A stretch of 64,000 bases of DNA from Gammaproteobacteria bacterium (GTDB lineage: Bacteria; Pseudomonadota; Gammaproteobacteria; GCA-001735895), in the NCBI GenBank assembly GCA_030066085.1, contig JASJCI010000001.1:132380-196379 (forward strand). Reading direction: 5' to 3'. Both the position numbers and the translations under genes were made by a program. Position 1 is the stretch's first letter; each line of letters opens with the position of its first letter. This document shows, one piece after another, positions 61,327-64,000 of the stretch. The notes beneath the pieces are model-generated. The model ran no database searches. It was not told the DNA's origin and worked only from the letters and a program-made list of their open reading frames with translations.

Positions 61327-62931
61327 ATGGTGGACATCAAAGATCTCGAAAAAGCGGCCCGGGAAGGTAAGCTCGACCGTCGCGAATTCATCAAGCGCGC
61401 CGGCGCCCTCGGCCTCGCCGCGCCGTTTGCAACCACGCTGCTGACCCAGGCGGTACAGGCCGCAACACCGAAGAAAGGCGGCTATTACAAGCTCGGTTAC
61501 GGGCACGGCTCGACCACGGACTCGCTCGACCCCAGCACCCATGAAAACGGTTTCATGACCGCCACGGTTTATTCCTACGCCAACCACCTGTTCGAAGTCG
61601 AGAATACCGGTAAACTGGTGCCGGAACTGGCCGAGAGCTTCGAGGCCAGCAAGGACGCCACGACCTGGGTGATCAAGCTGCGCAAGGGCGTCGAGTTTCA
61701 CAACGGCAAGTCGTTCGGCGCCGACGACGTGATCGCGGCGATCAATCACCACCGCGGCGAGGATTCCAAATCCGCGGTCAAGTCGCTGCTCGACCCGGTC
61801 GTCGAAATGAAGAAAACCGGCAGTCACGAAGTGACGTTCACCCTCGCATCCGGCAACGCTGATTTCCCGTATATCCTGTCCGATTATCACCTGCCGATTC
61901 TGCCCGAGAAAGACGGCAGGATCGACTGGCAGGCGGGTGTCGGTACCGGCGGTTACATGGTGGAAAAATTCGACCCGGGCGTGAGCCTCAAGCTCAAGCG
62001 CAATCCCAACTACTGGAAAGCCGGGCGCGCGCACTTCGACGAGGCCGAACTCATTTCCCTGATCGACGTCACCGCGCGGCAGAACGCGGTCATGAACGAA
62101 GAAGTGCATGCGATCGACCGCTGCGATCCGAAGACCGTGCACCTGCTCGGTCGCAATCCGAAAATCCGGATTCTCGAGTCCACCGGCACGCTGCATTACA
62201 CGATGCCGATGCGGGTCAGCCAGGCGCCGTTCGACGATTACGACGTGCGCATGGCGCTCAAACTCGCCGTCGATCGCGAGCAGCTGGTGAAGAAAATTCT
62301 GCTCGGCCACGGTGCGATCGGCAACGACCATCCGATCTCGACCGCAAATCCTTATCACAACGGCGAAATGCCGCAGCGCGCCTACGATCCGGACAAGGCA
62401 AGGTTCCATATCAAGAAGGCCGGCATGGAAAACCAGCAGATCGATCTCAGCACCTCCGATGCCGCCTTCTCCGGCGCGGTCGACGCGGCGCTACTGGTGA
62501 AGGATTCGGCCGCCAAGGCCGGCATCAACATCAACGTCATACGCGAGCCGAAAGACGGCTACTGGTCGAACGTGTGGAACAAGAAGGGCTGGTGCACCTG
62601 CTACTGGGGCGGCCGCCCGACCGAGGACTGGATGTTTACCGCCGCCTATGTCGCGGAGAGCAAGTGGAACGACACCGACTGGCGCACCGGCCCCGCGGCG
62701 GACCGGTTCAACGAGCTGGTGGTCGCGGCGCGCTCCGAGCTCGACACTGCGAAACGGCGCGAGATGTACCACGAGTGCCAGCAACTCGTGAACGACGACG
62801 GCGGCGCGCTGGTGCCGATGTTCGCCAACTTTATCCAGGCGATCAACAAGCAGGTCGTGCATGCCGACCAGGTCGCGGCCAACTGGGACATGGACGGTCA
62901 CAAGTCGATCGAACGCTGGTGGTTCGCCTGA
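61327..62931 (+). CDS. ABC importer substrate-binding protein, family 5, Tat leader
   Basis: DRREFIK twin-arginine; PELAESFE, GVEFHNGK, GTGGY, ERWWFA end. Confidence 0.92.
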   Translation: MVDIKDLEKAAREGKLDRREFIKRAGALGLAAPFATTLLTQAVQAATPKKGGYYKLGYGHGSTTDSLDPSTHENGFMTATVYSYANHLFEVENTGKLVPELAESFEASKDATTWVIKLRKGVEFHNGKSFGADDVIAAINHHRGEDSKSAVKSLLDPVVEMKKTGSHEVTFTLASGNADFPYILSDYHLPILPEKDGRIDWQAGVGTGGYMVEKFDPGVSLKLKRNPNYWKAGRAHFDEAELISLIDVTARQNAVMNEEVHAIDRCDPKTVHLLGRNPKIRILESTGTLHYTMPMRVSQAPFDDYDVRMALKLAVDREQLVKKILLGHGAIGNDHPISTANPYHNGEMPQRAYDPDKARFHIKKAGMENQQIDLSTSDAAFSGAVDAALLVKDSAAKAGININVIREPKDGYWSNVWNKKGWCTCYWGGRPTEDWMFTAAYVAESKWNDTDWRTGPAADRFNELVVAARSELDTAKRREMYHECQQLVNDDGGALVPMFANFIQAINKQVVHADQVAANWDMDGHKSIERWWFA

Positions 62932-63038
62932 TCGAGGCCTGAAAACCGGGGGCGGGTCGGCCTCGCCTCGCCCCCGTTACCTGCCGCGCAAGACCCCGGT
63001 CCACGGGGCGTCGGCAATAAAAAGGAGGGGGATTCAAC

Positions 63039-64000
63039 GTGCATCCTGTAGTACGCACCGTCTTACAACGACTCGGACTGGGTCTGGTCACGCTGTTCGT
63101 GGTATCGCTGATCCTGTTCAGCTCGATCGAGTTCCTGCCGGGTGATTTCGGCGAAGCCGTGCTCGGCCAGGCCGCGCTGCCGGAAACCGTGGCCGCGTTC
63201 CGCAAGGAACTCGGACTGGACCTGCCGATGCACGAACGTTACTGGCAGTGGCTCAAGGGCATGCTCACCGGTGACATGGGCAATTCCTTTTCCGGCCGCG
63301 GTGCCTCCGGGCAGGATCGCTCGCGCCCGGTGGTAGAGCTGCTCGGGCCGAGGCTCGCGAACACGCTATTCCTGGCCGCGATGGCGGCGGTTATCTCGGT
63401 GCCGCTGGCACTGTTTCTCGGCATTACCGCCGCGCTGTATCGCAATTCGATTTACGACCGTACGGTCAATGCCCTGACTTTGACGACCATTTCGTTTCCC
63501 GAGTTCTTCGTCGCCTACTGCCTGATCCTGATCCTGTCGTCGTTCACCAAGATATTCCCGTCGCTGGCCAACGTCGGGCCCGAGACCGAGTTCTGGGAAC
63601 GGGTGTACCTCACCGCCCTGCCCGCGCTGACCCTGACGCTGGTCATCGTCGCGCACATGATGCGCATGACCCGGGCCGCGATCATCAACCTGATGGCGAG
63701 CCCCTACATCGAGATGGCCGAGCTCAAGGGCACGCCCAAGGCCGAAATCATCCTGCGCCACGCGCTGCCCAACGCCTGGGCGCCGATCGTTACGGTCATC
63801 GCTTTCAACCTCGCCTACCTTGTCGTCGGCGTGGTCGTGGTCGAGGTGGTGTTCGTCTACCCCGGCGTCGGCCAGCTGATGGTGGACGCGGTTACCACGC
63901 GTGACGTGCCCGTGGTACAGGGCTGCGCAATGGTATTCGCGGCAACCTATATCCTGCTCAACCTGTTCGCCGACATCATTTCGATTATCACCAACCCCAG
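63039..64000 (+). CDS. ABC permease (DppB-like), runs off window
   Basis: Own translation from GTG 63039 after AGGAGG: (M)HPVVRTVLQRLGLGLVTLFVVSLILFSSIEFLPGDFGEAVLG...; later YIEMAELKG and VEVVFVYPG. Confidence 0.9.
   Translation, partial: MHPVVRTVLQRLGLGLVTLFVVSLILFSSIEFLPGDFGEAVLGQAALPETVAAFRKELGLDLPMHERYWQWLKGMLTGDMGNSFSGRGASGQDRSRPVVELLGPRLANTLFLAAMAAVISVPLALFLGITAALYRNSIYDRTVNALTLTTISFPEFFVAYCLILILSSFTKIFPSLANVGPETEFWERVYLTALPALTLTLVIVAHMMRMTRAAIINLMASPYIEMAELKGTPKAEIILRHALPNAWAPIVTVIAFNLAYLVVGVVVVEVVFVYPGVGQLMVDAVTTRDVPVVQGCAMVFAATYILLNLFADIISIITNP

Overview
A GC-rich, gene-dense chromosomal window from a free-living gammaproteobacterium, judged from the suhB/trmJ/isc layout, aceK, a CbrAB-type system and DUF3461; the taxon is inferred. 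No rRNA, tRNA, CRISPR array, prophage or intact transposase was seen. From left to right: (1) an atypical isc locus (iscR, desulfurase, iscA, hscB) with no iscU, whose IscR lacks three of the four E. coli [2Fe-2S] ligands but still has a type-1 IscR box; (2) a Spy/CpxP-like gene plus an OmpR-family two-component pair with a triple GTAAC repeat; (3) trmJ and suhB; (4) a non-enterobacterial-type lexA with GTTC-N7-GTTC-like boxes, preceded by two AT-richer orphan genes; (5) a ~24 kb C2/C3 carboxylate region: DUF4212 + ActP-like symporter, a cNMP-CBS-nucleotidyltransferase (DUF294) + DEDDh exonuclease pair, acs, cbrX-cbrA-cbrB-aceK, rraA-like, aceA, LysR and prpE; (6) mixed enzymes and transporters, including a head-to-head pair of PRTase paralogs; (7) a peptide-family ABC importer with a duplicated promoter; (8) a BetI-like regulator with a TMADH-like flavoenzyme that lacks the flavinylation Cys, plus a non-pyrrolysine MttB; (9) a RidA/creatininase/deaminase/FAD-oxidase/PDR cluster and the start of a second ABC importer. 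The strongest candidates for poorly described systems are the DUF294/DEDDh writer-eraser pair beside the acetate transporter and acs, the degenerate IscU-less isc operon, the CbrXAB-aceK arrangement, and the variant TMADH + MttB module. All family assignments come from motif recognition; no searches were run.
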